A stretch of 64,000 nt of DNA from the NCBI GenBank assembly GCA_965219385.1, contig CBDCNM010000002.1, forward strand, positions 2,102,936 to 2,166,935. Reading direction: 5' to 3'. This DNA comes from Candidatus Latescibacterota bacterium. GTDB lineage: Bacteria; Latescibacterota; UBA2968; UBA8231. A program made the position numbers and the translations under genes. This document shows positions 50,724-60,713 of the stretch, piece after piece. How positions within the stretch are numbered: the stretch's first letter is position 1; each line of letters starts with the position of its first letter. A model generated the notes under the pieces. That model saw nothing but the letters and a program-made list of their open reading frames with translations. It had not been told where the DNA came from and did no database searches.

Positions 50724-51837
50724 TATTTTTTTTCGGCTTTGGTGCGTCCTGGTTTTGATTTTGGCGCAGGGCGGCTTGGCGCAGGGCGATTGGCCCGGCT
50801 TTCGCGGCGATCCCCAGCTCACCGGCACCGCCCTGGGCCCACTGCCCGAAAACCCCGAGCTGCTGTGGGTCTTCGAGGTGGAAGACGGCATCGAATCTAC
50901 CGTAGCCGTGGCCGAAGGAAGGGTGTACGTGGGAGCCCTGGACGGATACCTCTATGCCCTCGAGCTGGAAACGGGGACCCCGCAGTGGAAGTACGAAGCC
51001 TTGGCCGAGATTAAATCCTCCCCGTCGGTGTCCGGTCCCACCGTGTACTTCGGGGACGAAGCAGGCGCCTTTCACGCGGTGGACAGGGTCACGGGGCAAC
51101 ACAGATGGGTCTTTCACGCCCAAGCCGGAATCGTATCCTCGGCCAACTTCGTGGGCGAGCGGGTGCTGTTTGGTTCCTACGATCAGTATCTGTACTGCCT
51201 TTCCAGCGCGGACGGGGACAGCCTTTGGAAATTCGCCACGGATGGGTATATTCATGGAACACCGGCGGTCTTCAGGGACAGGGTCACGGTGGCGGGATGC
51301 GATGGGTACCTGCGTCTTGTAAACGCGGCCGATGGGGTGGAGAGTAGGAAGGTAGATCTGGGTGCCTACGTGGGCGCCAGCGTGGCCATCCGGGGGGACC
51401 GGGCCTACGTGGGGACCTTTGGCAACCAGGTCCTGGGCATTGATCTGCGCAGCGGAGAAATCGTCTGGCGCTACGAGGATCCGCAACGGCAGTTCCCGTT
51501 TTATGCTTCGGCCGCGGTGGTGGACGACAAGGTGATAATCGGCGGCAGGGACAAAACCGTGCGCGCCCTCGAGCCGGGGAGCGGGACTTTGTTGTGGCGC
51601 TTTGTCGCGGGAGGGCGGGTGGACTCCTCGCCGGTGATTGTCGGGGAGAGGGTGTTTTTCGGGACCCTGCGCGGGGTGCTGTACGGACTGGATCTCCACT
51701 CGGGTGAGAAGGTCTGGGAATTCGAGACCGGGTCGGCTTTTACGGCCTCGCCCGGGGTCGCGGCCGGAAGGCTTCTGATCGGCTCGACCGACGGAACCCT
51801 CTATTGCTTTGGAGAAAGAAAGACCAAACATGAGTAA
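50707..51837 (+). CDS. Secreted PQQ-like beta-propeller protein
   Basis: Signal peptide, DWPGFRGD, repeated SSP..V..G..DG.LYAL...G...W blades. Confidence 0.88.
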   Translation: MNRRTDIFFRLWCVLVLILAQGGLAQGDWPGFRGDPQLTGTALGPLPENPELLWVFEVEDGIESTVAVAEGRVYVGALDGYLYALELETGTPQWKYEALAEIKSSPSVSGPTVYFGDEAGAFHAVDRVTGQHRWVFHAQAGIVSSANFVGERVLFGSYDQYLYCLSSADGDSLWKFATDGYIHGTPAVFRDRVTVAGCDGYLRLVNAADGVESRKVDLGAYVGASVAIRGDRAYVGTFGNQVLGIDLRSGEIVWRYEDPQRQFPFYASAAVVDDKVIIGGRDKTVRALEPGSGTLLWRFVAGGRVDSSPVIVGERVFFGTLRGVLYGLDLHSGEKVWEFETGSAFTASPGVAAGRLLIGSTDGTLYCFGERKTKHE

Positions 51838-53182
51838 TGCTGCAAGCCCGGCCCGATCAGAGCCGGCTACCACGAGAACCTCTGCTACCCAAACCGAGAT
51901 CGGCAGTGTCTTCGTATCCAATTACCCGCCCTATTCGTTTTGGAGCCAGGAGCACCTCCCCCAGGCAGGACAGGTCCTGAATACGCCCCCTGAAGCAGAG
52001 GAGAGCCTGGGGCTGTACCTGCATATCCCGTTCTGCCGCAAGCGCTGCAAGTTCTGTTATTTCCGGGTCTACACCGACAAGAACAGCAGCCAGATCCAGG
52101 ACTACCTGGCGGCCCTGGCCCGGGAAGTGGAACTCTACAGTACCCGGCCGCGGATTGCGGGCCGGCCCTTGAGGTTCGTCTACTTTGGCGGGGGCACGCC
52201 CTCCTATATCAGCGTCCGACATCTGCGGGAGCTGGTCGGCCGGCTCAAGGCGGCCCTGCCCTGGGAGGATGCCGAGGAGGTGGCCTTCGAGTGCGAGCCG
52301 GGCACCCTGACCCGGGCCAAGCTGGAGGCCATAAAGGCGATCGGGGTGACGCGCCTGAGCCTGGGGGTCGAGAACCTCGACGACGAGATTTTGCGGGAAA
52401 ACGGCCGCGCCCACCTCTCTAAAGAAGTCTACCAGGTCGCTCCCTGGATCAAGGAGCTGGAATTCGCCCAGGTGAATATAGACCTGATCGCGGGCATGGT
52501 GGGCGAGTCCTGGGCCCGCTGGCGGGATACGGTGCAGCGCACCCTGGACCTGGCCCCGGACAGCGCCACCATCTACCAGATGGAATTGCCTTTCAACACG
52601 GTTTATTCAAAATACATTTCCGCGGAAACCGGAAAGGAACTGGGGTTGGCGGACTGGGAGACCAAGCGGGCATGGCACGAGTATGCTTTTGAGCAGTTCG
52701 AGGCGGCCGGATACGAGGTGTCCAGCGCCTACACTGTGGTGAAGAAGGATCGGCCCGGTCATTTTGTGTACCGGGACGGGGTCTGGCAAGGCAGCGATAT
52801 GGTGGGTACGGGGGTGGCTTCCTTCTCCCATATCGGCGGGGTGCACTTTCAGAATCAAACCTCCTGGGACGAGTACCTGAGCACCCTCGAGAGGGGCAAG
52901 CTGCCGCTGGACCGGGCCTTTTCCACGACCTCGGAAGAACGTCTTACCCGGGAGATGATCCTGCAGCTGAAACTGGGGAAGATCGACTCGGGGTATTTCC
53001 GCCGCAAGTTCGGGGTGGAGATTCTGGAGGTTTTTGGTCCGGTTTACGGCAAGCTGCAGGACGAAGGTATGCTGACTCTGGTCGAGGATGGGGTCGAGTT
53101 GACCCGCAAGGGGCTGTTGCAGGTGGACCAGTTGCTTCCTGAATTTTACGATGTCCGGTACCAGAATGCACGTTATACCTGA
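51830..53182 (+). CDS. HemN-like radical SAM protein
   Basis: LYLHIPFCRKRCKFCY, GGGTPS, RLSLGV, DLIAG. Confidence 0.9.
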   Translation: MSNAASPARSEPATTRTSATQTEIGSVFVSNYPPYSFWSQEHLPQAGQVLNTPPEAEESLGLYLHIPFCRKRCKFCYFRVYTDKNSSQIQDYLAALAREVELYSTRPRIAGRPLRFVYFGGGTPSYISVRHLRELVGRLKAALPWEDAEEVAFECEPGTLTRAKLEAIKAIGVTRLSLGVENLDDEILRENGRAHLSKEVYQVAPWIKELEFAQVNIDLIAGMVGESWARWRDTVQRTLDLAPDSATIYQMELPFNTVYSKYISAETGKELGLADWETKRAWHEYAFEQFEAAGYEVSSAYTVVKKDRPGHFVYRDGVWQGSDMVGTGVASFSHIGGVHFQNQTSWDEYLSTLERGKLPLDRAFSTTSEERLTREMILQLKLGKIDSGYFRRKFGVEILEVFGPVYGKLQDEGMLTLVEDGVELTRKGLLQVDQLLPEFYDVRYQNARYT

Positions 53183-53211
53183 GAAGCTTGATACCCGTAT
53201 TTGGACCTCAA

Positions 53212-53400
53212 GGCCGGAAGGGGATGTTACCGGCAGGGCGGTGGGGGCTGCGAGCGGGCGCAGCAGCAGGGAGCGGGAAAAAGGGGGCTCTGGGACTCAG
53301 GCCTGCCTGGGGGGTGTGGCGAGGGGCAAGAGCGCCTTGGGCATCATAAAACGCCAGAGGCACAATCCCCGAACGGCCGCCCGCCGATTCCGTGAAGTAC
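53212..53400 (+). repeat. Dispersed structured repeat, copy closest to 932-1101
   Basis: GCTCTGGGACTCAGGCCTGCCTGGGGG...GGCAAGAGCGCC...CATCATAAAACGCCAGAGGCACAA...TTCCGTGAAGTAC. Confidence 0.87.
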
Positions 53401-53426
53401 TGACAATCTTTGAAAGAGGGATCATC

Positions 53427-54692
53427 ATGCGGAAGAAGATTCGCTGGCCGGTACTCGCCATTGCGGCTCTGCCGTGTCTGGCCTGGTACCTGATGGACGC
53501 CGAAGCCGCAGAAGGAGAGGCCCACAAAGACTGGGCTCAATGGCTCGGTCCCGAACGCAACGGCCAATCCCGCGAAACCGGGCTGCTCAAAGCCTGGCCA
53601 GCAGAGGGTCCCAGCGAGGTGTGGCGGATCCAGGGAGGGGAAGGATTCTCCGGAATTTCCATAGCCCGGGGCCGGATCTACACCATGTTTGCCAGGGGAG
53701 ATGACGAGTTCGTGGTTTGCCTGGACGCGGCTACAGGGAAGGAATTGTGGCGTTTTCGCAGCGATTCCAACTTCCCCGACCACCAGGGGGGAAATGGTCC
53801 GCGCTCCACCCCGGCGGTAAACGGCGACCAGGTCTTTGCCCTGAGCGCGCACGGCAAGCTCTATGCCCTGAATGCAGCGAGCGGGACAAAACAATGGGGA
53901 CGCGACTTCGTCCGCCAGTTCGGCAGCCACACGCCGCGCTGGGGGTTCTCCTCCTCGCCGCTGGTGGAGGGCGATCTGGTCCTGGCCGAAGTAGGTGGCC
54001 AGGGGGAGAGCGCCCTGGTGGCCTTTGACCGGAAGAACGGCCATCAGGTCTGGAGTTCCCAAAGTGATAAGCCCTCCTATTCATCGCCGATCGTTTTCAC
54101 CGCAGCCGGGACGCGGCAGGTGGTGTTTTTTACCGCTGAGGGGCCGGTCGCGCTGGCGCCGGCGGATGGGCAACTGCTCTGGAGGTACCCCTGGCGCACC
54201 AGCTACGATGTCAACGCGGCCACGCCGGTGTTTATCGCGCCGGACAAGGTCTTCATTTCTTCCGGGTACGACACGGGCGCTGCCCTGCTGAAGATCAAAC
54301 AGGGTGGAACAAAGGTCGAGAAGGTCTGGAGGAACAGGGAGATGAAGAACCAGATGGCCACCTCGGTGCGGCACGGGAACCACCTGTATGGCTTCGACGA
54401 CGGCACCTTGAAATGCATCCAGGTCGGCAACGGCGAGACCGCGTGGGGGAAGCGCGGCTTTGGCAGGGGCACCTTGATCACCGCCGATGGCCACCTGCTG
54501 GTCCTGGGGGAGGGCGGCGTCCTGGCCCTGGTCGAAGCTACCCCCGCCGAGTACAGGGAAAGGGGCAGGGTCGAGGTTCTGAAGGGCAAGTGCTGGACGG
54601 TCCCGAGCCTGGCAGGCGGCAAACTCTACGTGCGCGATGAACACGAGGTGGTCTGTCTGGAGGTAGCGGCATCGAGTCCAGCGGCGCGCTGA
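53427..54692 (+). CDS. Secreted PQQ-like beta-propeller protein
   Basis: Signal peptide, DWAQWLGPERNG, GPRSTP, YSSP blades. Confidence 0.88.
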   Translation: MRKKIRWPVLAIAALPCLAWYLMDAEAAEGEAHKDWAQWLGPERNGQSRETGLLKAWPAEGPSEVWRIQGGEGFSGISIARGRIYTMFARGDDEFVVCLDAATGKELWRFRSDSNFPDHQGGNGPRSTPAVNGDQVFALSAHGKLYALNAASGTKQWGRDFVRQFGSHTPRWGFSSSPLVEGDLVLAEVGGQGESALVAFDRKNGHQVWSSQSDKPSYSSPIVFTAAGTRQVVFFTAEGPVALAPADGQLLWRYPWRTSYDVNAATPVFIAPDKVFISSGYDTGAALLKIKQGGTKVEKVWRNREMKNQMATSVRHGNHLYGFDDGTLKCIQVGNGETAWGKRGFGRGTLITADGHLLVLGEGGVLALVEATPAEYRERGRVEVLKGKCWTVPSLAGGKLYVRDEHEVVCLEVAASSPAAR

Positions 54693-54744
54693 ATGAATTA
54701 GCGCGGTCACCTGAACCGAATAACCCGAAGGGAGAATAGCTTTC

Positions 54745-55590
54745 ATGACCGAGTACGATCAATACCTGTTCGATCTCAACGGCTACCTAGTCGTCGAGGG
54801 GGCCTTGAGCCCGGAACTGGTCGGCGCCATGAACAAAGCGATCGACCAGCATCGGGACCGGATCCATATCCGGGATCCCGAGCAAGCCCTGGACGGCAGC
54901 CTGGAAGAGCACGGGGGCCACGCGGCGGAGGGCTTGAAGGGCACCCATGGCCGCGGCGATTTTGGGGGGTATCTGTTCTGGGAGCAGCCCTGGCGCCAGC
55001 CCTTCCTCGACGCCATTGCCCTGCCCGTTATCATGCGGGCGATGCTGGCGACCATCGGGCCGCGGTTCCGCCTGGTCGGGAATGCCGGCATGACCATGAC
55101 CAAGGGAAGCGAGGGGTTCATGTTGCACGGCGGCGGCACCCCGGAACTGGAGCACATGCGGGAGATTTTTTATCACCGCTTCGAATTCGGGCGTATGTAC
55201 AACGGCCTGATGTCGGTCAGCTTCGCCCTGACCGACCAGGGACCGGAGGACGGCGGTTTTGTCTGCATCCCCGGCAGCCACAAGGCCAACTACCTGTGTC
55301 CGCGGGAGGTGCGGCGCCTGGAGGTGGACCTGGGGTGCGTCAAACACATTCCTCTTAAAGCCGGCGATGCGGTGATTTTCACCGAGGCCCTGACCCACGG
55401 CACGGTGCCGTGGAAAGCCGACTTTGAGCGGCGTTTGCTGCGCTATCTCTACGCCCCGGCCCTGCACACCGGCAGCGCGGGAAACTTTGAGGAAATCGAC
55501 GACGAGTTGACGCCGCTGCAGCGGGTCGTGGTGCAGCCGCCCTATCACAATGGGGACACGGACATCGCTGCGCTACTAGAGGATCAGTGA
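54745..55590 (+). CDS. PhyH-like Fe(II)/2OG oxygenase with HGG motif
   Basis: FDLNGYLVV, LHGGG, IPGSHKAN, GDAVIFTEALTHG. Confidence 0.85.
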   Translation: MTEYDQYLFDLNGYLVVEGALSPELVGAMNKAIDQHRDRIHIRDPEQALDGSLEEHGGHAAEGLKGTHGRGDFGGYLFWEQPWRQPFLDAIALPVIMRAMLATIGPRFRLVGNAGMTMTKGSEGFMLHGGGTPELEHMREIFYHRFEFGRMYNGLMSVSFALTDQGPEDGGFVCIPGSHKANYLCPREVRRLEVDLGCVKHIPLKAGDAVIFTEALTHGTVPWKADFERRLLRYLYAPALHTGSAGNFEEIDDELTPLQRVVVQPPYHNGDTDIAALLEDQ

Positions 55591-55654
55591 GCAAAAAGGG
55601 GCAAAGTCGTGCACGGCCCGGGCAATGTGGGACTTGATATGGAGGCAACAGAGC

Positions 55655-56821
55655 ATGAGAATCATTGATGTAAGGTCTTTTCCAGTCAGTCACCTTTTTC
55701 TGGTCAAGATCGAGGCGGATGACGGGCACTACGGATGGGGCGAGGCAGGACCTTCCGCGTGGGGGAGGGAGCTGGCCGCGCAGGGGATGGTGACTCATTT
55801 TCGCGAGGTATTGATCGGCAGGGATCCCAGGAACATCGGGGCGTTCTGGCAGGAGATGTACCGCAAGGGGTCTGGTTTCGATGGAGGGCGCGTAGAAATG
55901 GCGGCGCTATCGGCCATCGACCTGGCATTGCACGACCTGGTGGCCAAGAGCCTGGGGGTGCCCGTATACCACCTGCTGGGGGGCAAGCATCGGGATTTCG
56001 TTCCCTGTTTCACGCCTATTGTCAGCCCTGATGATCCAGATGCCGTCGAGGTCACCAGGCGTATGCTCGATGAGGGGTGGAGCGTTTTGCGGCTGTCCAT
56101 GGGGGGCTCTAAGGAAAAGGGCGTATTCGAGCCAAGGAACTCCCTCGCTGCCACCGCGGAAGGGCTGGTCAAGCTGCGCGACGCCGTCGGGCCGGAGCCG
56201 GTTCTGGGCATCGATTATCACGCCATGTTTAACGTAGCCGAGGCGGCTTCCTTTTGCCAGCGGATTCCACCCGGCACCCTCGACTTCATCGAGGACCCCA
56301 TTCACGAGGAAACACCCAGCGCCTACAGAGCACTGCGGCAGATGACGAAGGTGCCCTTTGCCGCTGGCGAAGCCTTCACGAGCAAATGGGACTGGCTCCC
56401 GTTCATAGAGGAAGACCTGATCAACCTGGCGCGCATCGACCTGGCCAATGTAGGGGGATTCACGGAAGCCATGAAGGTGGCTGCGTGGTGCGAGGCCCAC
56501 TATATTGAGATGATGCCGCACCTCGCCATTTCTCCCATACAGACTGCGGCCATCATACACTTCGCCGCGGCTGTGCCCAACTTCGCCTGGATGGAAGACC
56601 GCCACCGCAACTTCCGGGCCCTGTTCCAGGGAAAGACCAGCTCGTATCGTCCCCCTGATTCCGACATGTACCCGGTTCACCTCGAGCCGGACGGAGTCAG
56701 ATGGCCGGTGCCGACGGGTCCGGGCCTGGGGGTAGAGGTAAACGAAGAGATGCTCGACGTAGCTTATGAGCTCTCGCCAGTATCGCCTACGCGCCGGAGG
56801 GATGGTTCGCTGACGATATAG
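55655..56821 (+). CDS. Mandelate racemase / muconate lactonizing family (galactonate dehydratase-like)
   Basis: GWGEA, SAIDLALHDL, GVPVYHLLGG, IDYH, IEDP, AGE, PGLGVE. Confidence 0.9.
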   Translation: MRIIDVRSFPVSHLFLVKIEADDGHYGWGEAGPSAWGRELAAQGMVTHFREVLIGRDPRNIGAFWQEMYRKGSGFDGGRVEMAALSAIDLALHDLVAKSLGVPVYHLLGGKHRDFVPCFTPIVSPDDPDAVEVTRRMLDEGWSVLRLSMGGSKEKGVFEPRNSLAATAEGLVKLRDAVGPEPVLGIDYHAMFNVAEAASFCQRIPPGTLDFIEDPIHEETPSAYRALRQMTKVPFAAGEAFTSKWDWLPFIEEDLINLARIDLANVGGFTEAMKVAAWCEAHYIEMMPHLAISPIQTAAIIHFAAAVPNFAWMEDRHRNFRALFQGKTSSYRPPDSDMYPVHLEPDGVRWPVPTGPGLGVEVNEEMLDVAYELSPVSPTRRRDGSLTI

Positions 56822-56845
56822 TTGTTCTAGGGCGCTCCAGGCCCT

Positions 56846-58024
56846 CTACTCCGGCGCGGCAAACTTCAGGCACAGGATCTTGTCGTCGTTGGGGCGCAAC
56901 TTGGCGCGGCCGTCGTGGTTGCTGGTGAGTAGGTAGAGGTGGCCGTCCGGGCCGACCGCCACATCGCGCAGGCGGCCGTAGGTCCCGTTGCGGCCGTCGC
57001 GGGCAAACCAGCGTTCGATGGACGCGATTTCGCAATTTGCGCTGTCTTGCTTGAAGCGGATGCGGATCAGGGCCTGGCTGCCCAGAGTGGCGACGAAGAG
57101 ATCGCCGCGGTAGAAGGTCAATCCACCGGGCGGCACAGAGGGCTTTTGCCAGGTGGCGATGGGGTCGCGGTAGTTGGGCATAGCGGGCGCGCCCACCACC
57201 CTGGGCCAGCCGTAATTGCCCCCCTTCTCGATGCGGTTGATCTCGTCGTGGCTCTCGACCCCATATTCTCCGGATGGACCGTGCTCGGAATCGAATAAAA
57301 CCCCGGTGCGCGGATCCCAGGCCAGACCCTGAACCACTCGATTGCCGTAGGTGTAGACCGGGGAGCCGGGAAAGGGATTGTCGGCCGGGAAGCCTCCGTC
57401 GGGGGTGAGGCGGAGGATTTTCCCGGCCAGGGACCCGAGGTGCTGGGCCAGGTCGGGCTGGTTGATATCGCCGGTGCCCACGTAGAGCATCTTATCCGGG
57501 CCAAAGCCGATCCGCCCGCCTACGTGGGAGCTATTGCCCGGTATGCCGCTATAAACCGCGCTTTTGAACACCCCATTCTCTCCTTTGTGCTCCAGGCGGA
57601 TGACGCGAGTGAAGAGTTTACCGCCCTCCTGATAGCAGTGCATAGCGTAGACCAGGGGATTTTTTGCGAATTCGGGGTGCAGGGCCAGGCCCATCAGACC
57701 GCAGTCCCCGGTGTGCGCCACCTCCACTGTGGCGTAGAGTTTGGGCTGGTTGGCGCCGCGGGGGATGCGCTGGATGGTGCCGCGCCTTTCGGCCACTAAG
57801 GCGTCGCCATTGGGCAGGAAGATCAGGGACCAGGGAATGTGCAAGCTGTCCACCCAGGTCTCGACCTCGACGCCTTCGACTTGGGGCAGGAAAAGGTCGT
57901 CCACCTGCTGCGGTACTTCGCCGCGGACCACGGGTTTTCGGGCCTGGACCCCACTGCACAGGGCGATGCCGAGTACCAGGGCGAATTGAAACAGGCGCGA
58001 GAGACGGAGTGGCGTCTTTTTCAT
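56846..58024 (-). CDS. PQQ-dependent aldose sugar dehydrogenase (GSDH family)
   Basis: PWSL.FLP, GLMGLALHP, HVGGRIGFGPD, SEHGP, GRLRDV. Confidence 0.9.
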   Translation of the reverse strand: MKKTPLRLSRLFQFALVLGIALCSGVQARKPVVRGEVPQQVDDLFLPQVEGVEVETWVDSLHIPWSLIFLPNGDALVAERRGTIQRIPRGANQPKLYATVEVAHTGDCGLMGLALHPEFAKNPLVYAMHCYQEGGKLFTRVIRLEHKGENGVFKSAVYSGIPGNSSHVGGRIGFGPDKMLYVGTGDINQPDLAQHLGSLAGKILRLTPDGGFPADNPFPGSPVYTYGNRVVQGLAWDPRTGVLFDSEHGPSGEYGVESHDEINRIEKGGNYGWPRVVGAPAMPNYRDPIATWQKPSVPPGGLTFYRGDLFVATLGSQALIRIRFKQDSANCEIASIERWFARDGRNGTYGRLRDVAVGPDGHLYLLTSNHDGRAKLRPNDDKILCLKFAAPE

Positions 58025-58247
58025 GGTGTTTTTATTTACCTCCTGGTTTTGCCGGTTACCGGGGATGGCTCTTTTGGTTGGCACGAGGGACACCCCCCGC
58101 GACATGCTGCTGCGCATGGCCACCCTGGAAGACGATTTGCAATCCTACGAGGAGATGGGTAGCTTGCGAAACCGCACCCGTGGCTCCTACGGTAAGATGG
58201 TCTACCTACATTCACGAACACTACGCCCGCGACAAGGTCGAGTGCGC

Positions 58248-58478
58248 TTATTTAGGCCTTTCCCAGCCCCGCAGTGTGAACAGTTCCTCCACCGGAACGT
58301 CATACACCCAGGCTATCTTTAACGCCAGTACCAGAGAAGGCACATACCTGTTTGCCTCGAGAGCGATGATGGTCTGTCGCGTGACGCCGACCTCCCGCGC
58401 CAGATCGGCCTGCGTCATCTCGTTGTGTTCGAAGCGGAATCGGCGGATGTTGTTGGAAATCTTAGGCTTGTTCTTCAT
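58248..58478 (-). CDS. XRE/Cro-family HTH transcriptional regulator
   Basis: [29 protein letters not shown]. Confidence 0.93.
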   Translation of the reverse strand: MKNKPKISNNIRRFRFEHNEMTQADLAREVGVTRQTIIALEANRYVPSLVLALKIAWVYDVPVEELFTLRGWERPK

Positions 58479-58893
58479 TGGGCAGGCTTCGTCTGCTCAT
58501 GATCAGGAATGAGATTTCTCTGGCAAGGAATAGCAAGTAGGCGCTTCCGGGCAGTGCATAACCCAGAAGGTGGCCCTCAATGGTGTGGTTGTAATGGCCC
58601 AGAGCACTCACGGTGGCAGCTAAACAAAACCAGGACACACCTGAGCCGATCAGGGAGGACTTCAGGCCGATCTGTTTGTCCCGTTCATCGAGTTCGGTTT
58701 CGCGCTTGGAACTGATAAGGGCTCCGGGGAATAAAGAAAGCCCTACAATTGGAGTGAGCATGATGTAGGGAAGCAGATGTCCCGTGATTGCCAGGAAAGC
58801 ATGTCCCGTGATTGCCAGGAAAGCGATGGAACCAAGTGCAATCAGCCCGAGTCCCGCAAGGTTCGCGACGGATCGTTTGGTCATGGTATTCAT
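58462..58893 (-). CDS. Small membrane protein (DUF2178-like)
   Basis: About 4 TM segments and a LDERD..I motif; overlaps the HTH gene start. Confidence 0.7.
   Translation of the reverse strand: MNTMTKRSVANLAGLGLIALGSIAFLAITGHAFLAITGHLLPYIMLTPIVGLSLFPGALISSKRETELDERDKQIGLKSSLIGSGVSWFCLAATVSALGHYNHTIEGHLLGYALPGSAYLLFLAREISFLIMSRRSLPNEEQA
58777..58824. repeat. 24-bp perfect tandem duplication
   Basis: ATGTCCCGTGATTGCCAGGAAAGC x2 (AFLAITGH x2). Confidence 0.95.
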
Positions 58894-58920
58894 TTCGATG
58901 TCCTCCGAGTTTGCAGTCGC

Positions 58921-58983
58921 ATAGTAAAATTATTCTTACATAAGGTAAATAATTTCTTATATAAAGTCAAATATTTCTTACAT
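58921..58983. promoter_or_regulatory. Three 21-bp operator-like repeats
   Basis: ATAGTAAAATTATTCTTACAT / AAGGTAAATAATTTCTTATAT / AAAGTCAAATATTTCTTACAT. Confidence 0.7.
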
Positions 58984-59108
58984 TCCATCCCAGCGGACAT
59001 CGATGGGTTGTCCAATCGCCAACGGCTACTACCCCACTATAATGGCTTTAGGCCTACTCGGCAATCTATGTCCCATGGTTTTTTATAAGCTGTTTCAGGA
59101 GCGGATTT

Positions 59109-60434
59109 ATGGTTGATCTGAATTCTTCTCTGGGTCTGACCATTCGATGGTTGGCGACACAGGGGCTTTCAGGGGATGAAGCCGACTGGTTGGCGCGTGG
59201 CATGTTGAGTCTGCTGGTCGTCATTTTGAGTCTGATTGCCAATCTTGTGGTCAAGCGGCTGTTGTTGAGAACGCTGCGGTTTTTTATCGTGCGCACCCGA
59301 ACGACGTGGGACGATGCGATTTTAGAGCGGCGGATGCCGGATCGGCTGGCTCACCTGACGCCGGCGCTGGTGATCTACATGCTGGCGCCCCTGCCGCTGG
59401 AGGGGCTGGAAGGATGGGTTTCAGTGGTCCAGGGCGCGATGCTGGTCTATATGATTCTGGTGGGGATTCTGGCGTTTGATGCGTTTCTCAATGCGGTGCA
59501 GGATGTTTATCGGACGCTCGAAGTCTCCCGGGAAATACCGGTCCGGGGATTTGTCCAGGTGTTCAAGATCGGGATTTATTTTCTCGGGATCATTTTTGCT
59601 TTTTCCATTCTGCTGGGCAAGAGCCCGGTGTATCTTTTGAGTGGCCTGGGGGCGCTGACAGCGGTTCTGCTGCTGGTGTTCAAAGATACGATCCTGGGCT
59701 TTGTGGCCGGCATTCAGCTGAACGCAAACCGGATGGTGGCTGTGGGCGATTGGATCGAGATGCCGAAATACGGCGCCGACGGGGATGTAGTGGAAGTGTC
59801 TTTGAATACGGTAAAGGTACAGAACTGGGACAAGACGATTACGACCATTCCGACCTATGCGCTGGTCAGCGATTCGTTTAAGAACTGGCAGGGGATGCAG
59901 GCGTCGGGGGGGCGCCGGATCAAGCGGGCGGTGCACCTCGATGTGAATACGATCAAATTTTGCACCGAGGAGATGCTGGCGCGGTTTGCAAAGATTCAGT
60001 ACATCTCGGACTATATCGAGCAAAAAAAAGAGGAGATCGGCCGATATAATGCCGAGAAGGAAGTGGATGTGTCCAGCCTGGTGAACGGGCGGCGGATGAC
60101 GAATGTGGGCTCATTCCGGGCCTATGTGACGGCGTATTTGCGCAACCACCCGATGGTGAACCAGGAGATGACTTTTCTGGTGCGCCAACTGGCACCCCAA
60201 GGACAGGGGTTGCCGATCGAGATTTATGTGTTTTGCAAAGACAAGGTGTGGGCAAATTACGAGGCGATTCAGGCGGATATCTTCGACCATATTCTGGCTG
60301 TGGTGCCGGAGTTTGACCTGCAAGTGTTCCAGCATCCGACCGGGGCCGATTTTCAGGCCTTGAGGACTTTAGGAACACGCGGGGAAGCCACCATCAGTTC
60401 GCCCACCCCGAGAAACCCGGGCGGGTCACGGTAA
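59109..60434 (+). CDS. Mechanosensitive channel, MscS family (YbdG-like)
   Basis: GDWIEMPKYGADG, NWDKTITTIP, SGGRRIKR, YEAIQADIFDH. Confidence 0.92.
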   Translation: MVDLNSSLGLTIRWLATQGLSGDEADWLARGMLSLLVVILSLIANLVVKRLLLRTLRFFIVRTRTTWDDAILERRMPDRLAHLTPALVIYMLAPLPLEGLEGWVSVVQGAMLVYMILVGILAFDAFLNAVQDVYRTLEVSREIPVRGFVQVFKIGIYFLGIIFAFSILLGKSPVYLLSGLGALTAVLLLVFKDTILGFVAGIQLNANRMVAVGDWIEMPKYGADGDVVEVSLNTVKVQNWDKTITTIPTYALVSDSFKNWQGMQASGGRRIKRAVHLDVNTIKFCTEEMLARFAKIQYISDYIEQKKEEIGRYNAEKEVDVSSLVNGRRMTNVGSFRAYVTAYLRNHPMVNQEMTFLVRQLAPQGQGLPIEIYVFCKDKVWANYEAIQADIFDHILAVVPEFDLQVFQHPTGADFQALRTLGTRGEATISSPTPRNPGGSR

Positions 60435-60713
60435 AGCCTCCGAGCAAAGACCTTCCGACTGTACTAGCTGGTTCTCTATGAGCAACCCCGGATAAAGGTG
60501 CTGGCTATAGGCGCTTTCTGGGCCGCCCTGCTGTGGAAACTCGCCGAATGGCTCTTGCGAGTCGGGTGAGGGCTTCCTCCGTTGATGTGAAATCGTGGTG
60601 CTTGGGCCGCTAGAAGTGGCTCCGGTCGCAGCCAAACGGGAATACCGTTGACAGCGCGAGCAGCAGGAGTACGGGCGGATTCGACGCAGATTTGAGCCTA
60701 TTGATCAGCATTA

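Noticed and set aside
50707..53182. Calling these genes bamB, hemN or pqqE
   Set aside because: No lipobox, no heme or pqq gene context, no SPASM cysteines; only family-level calls are supported.
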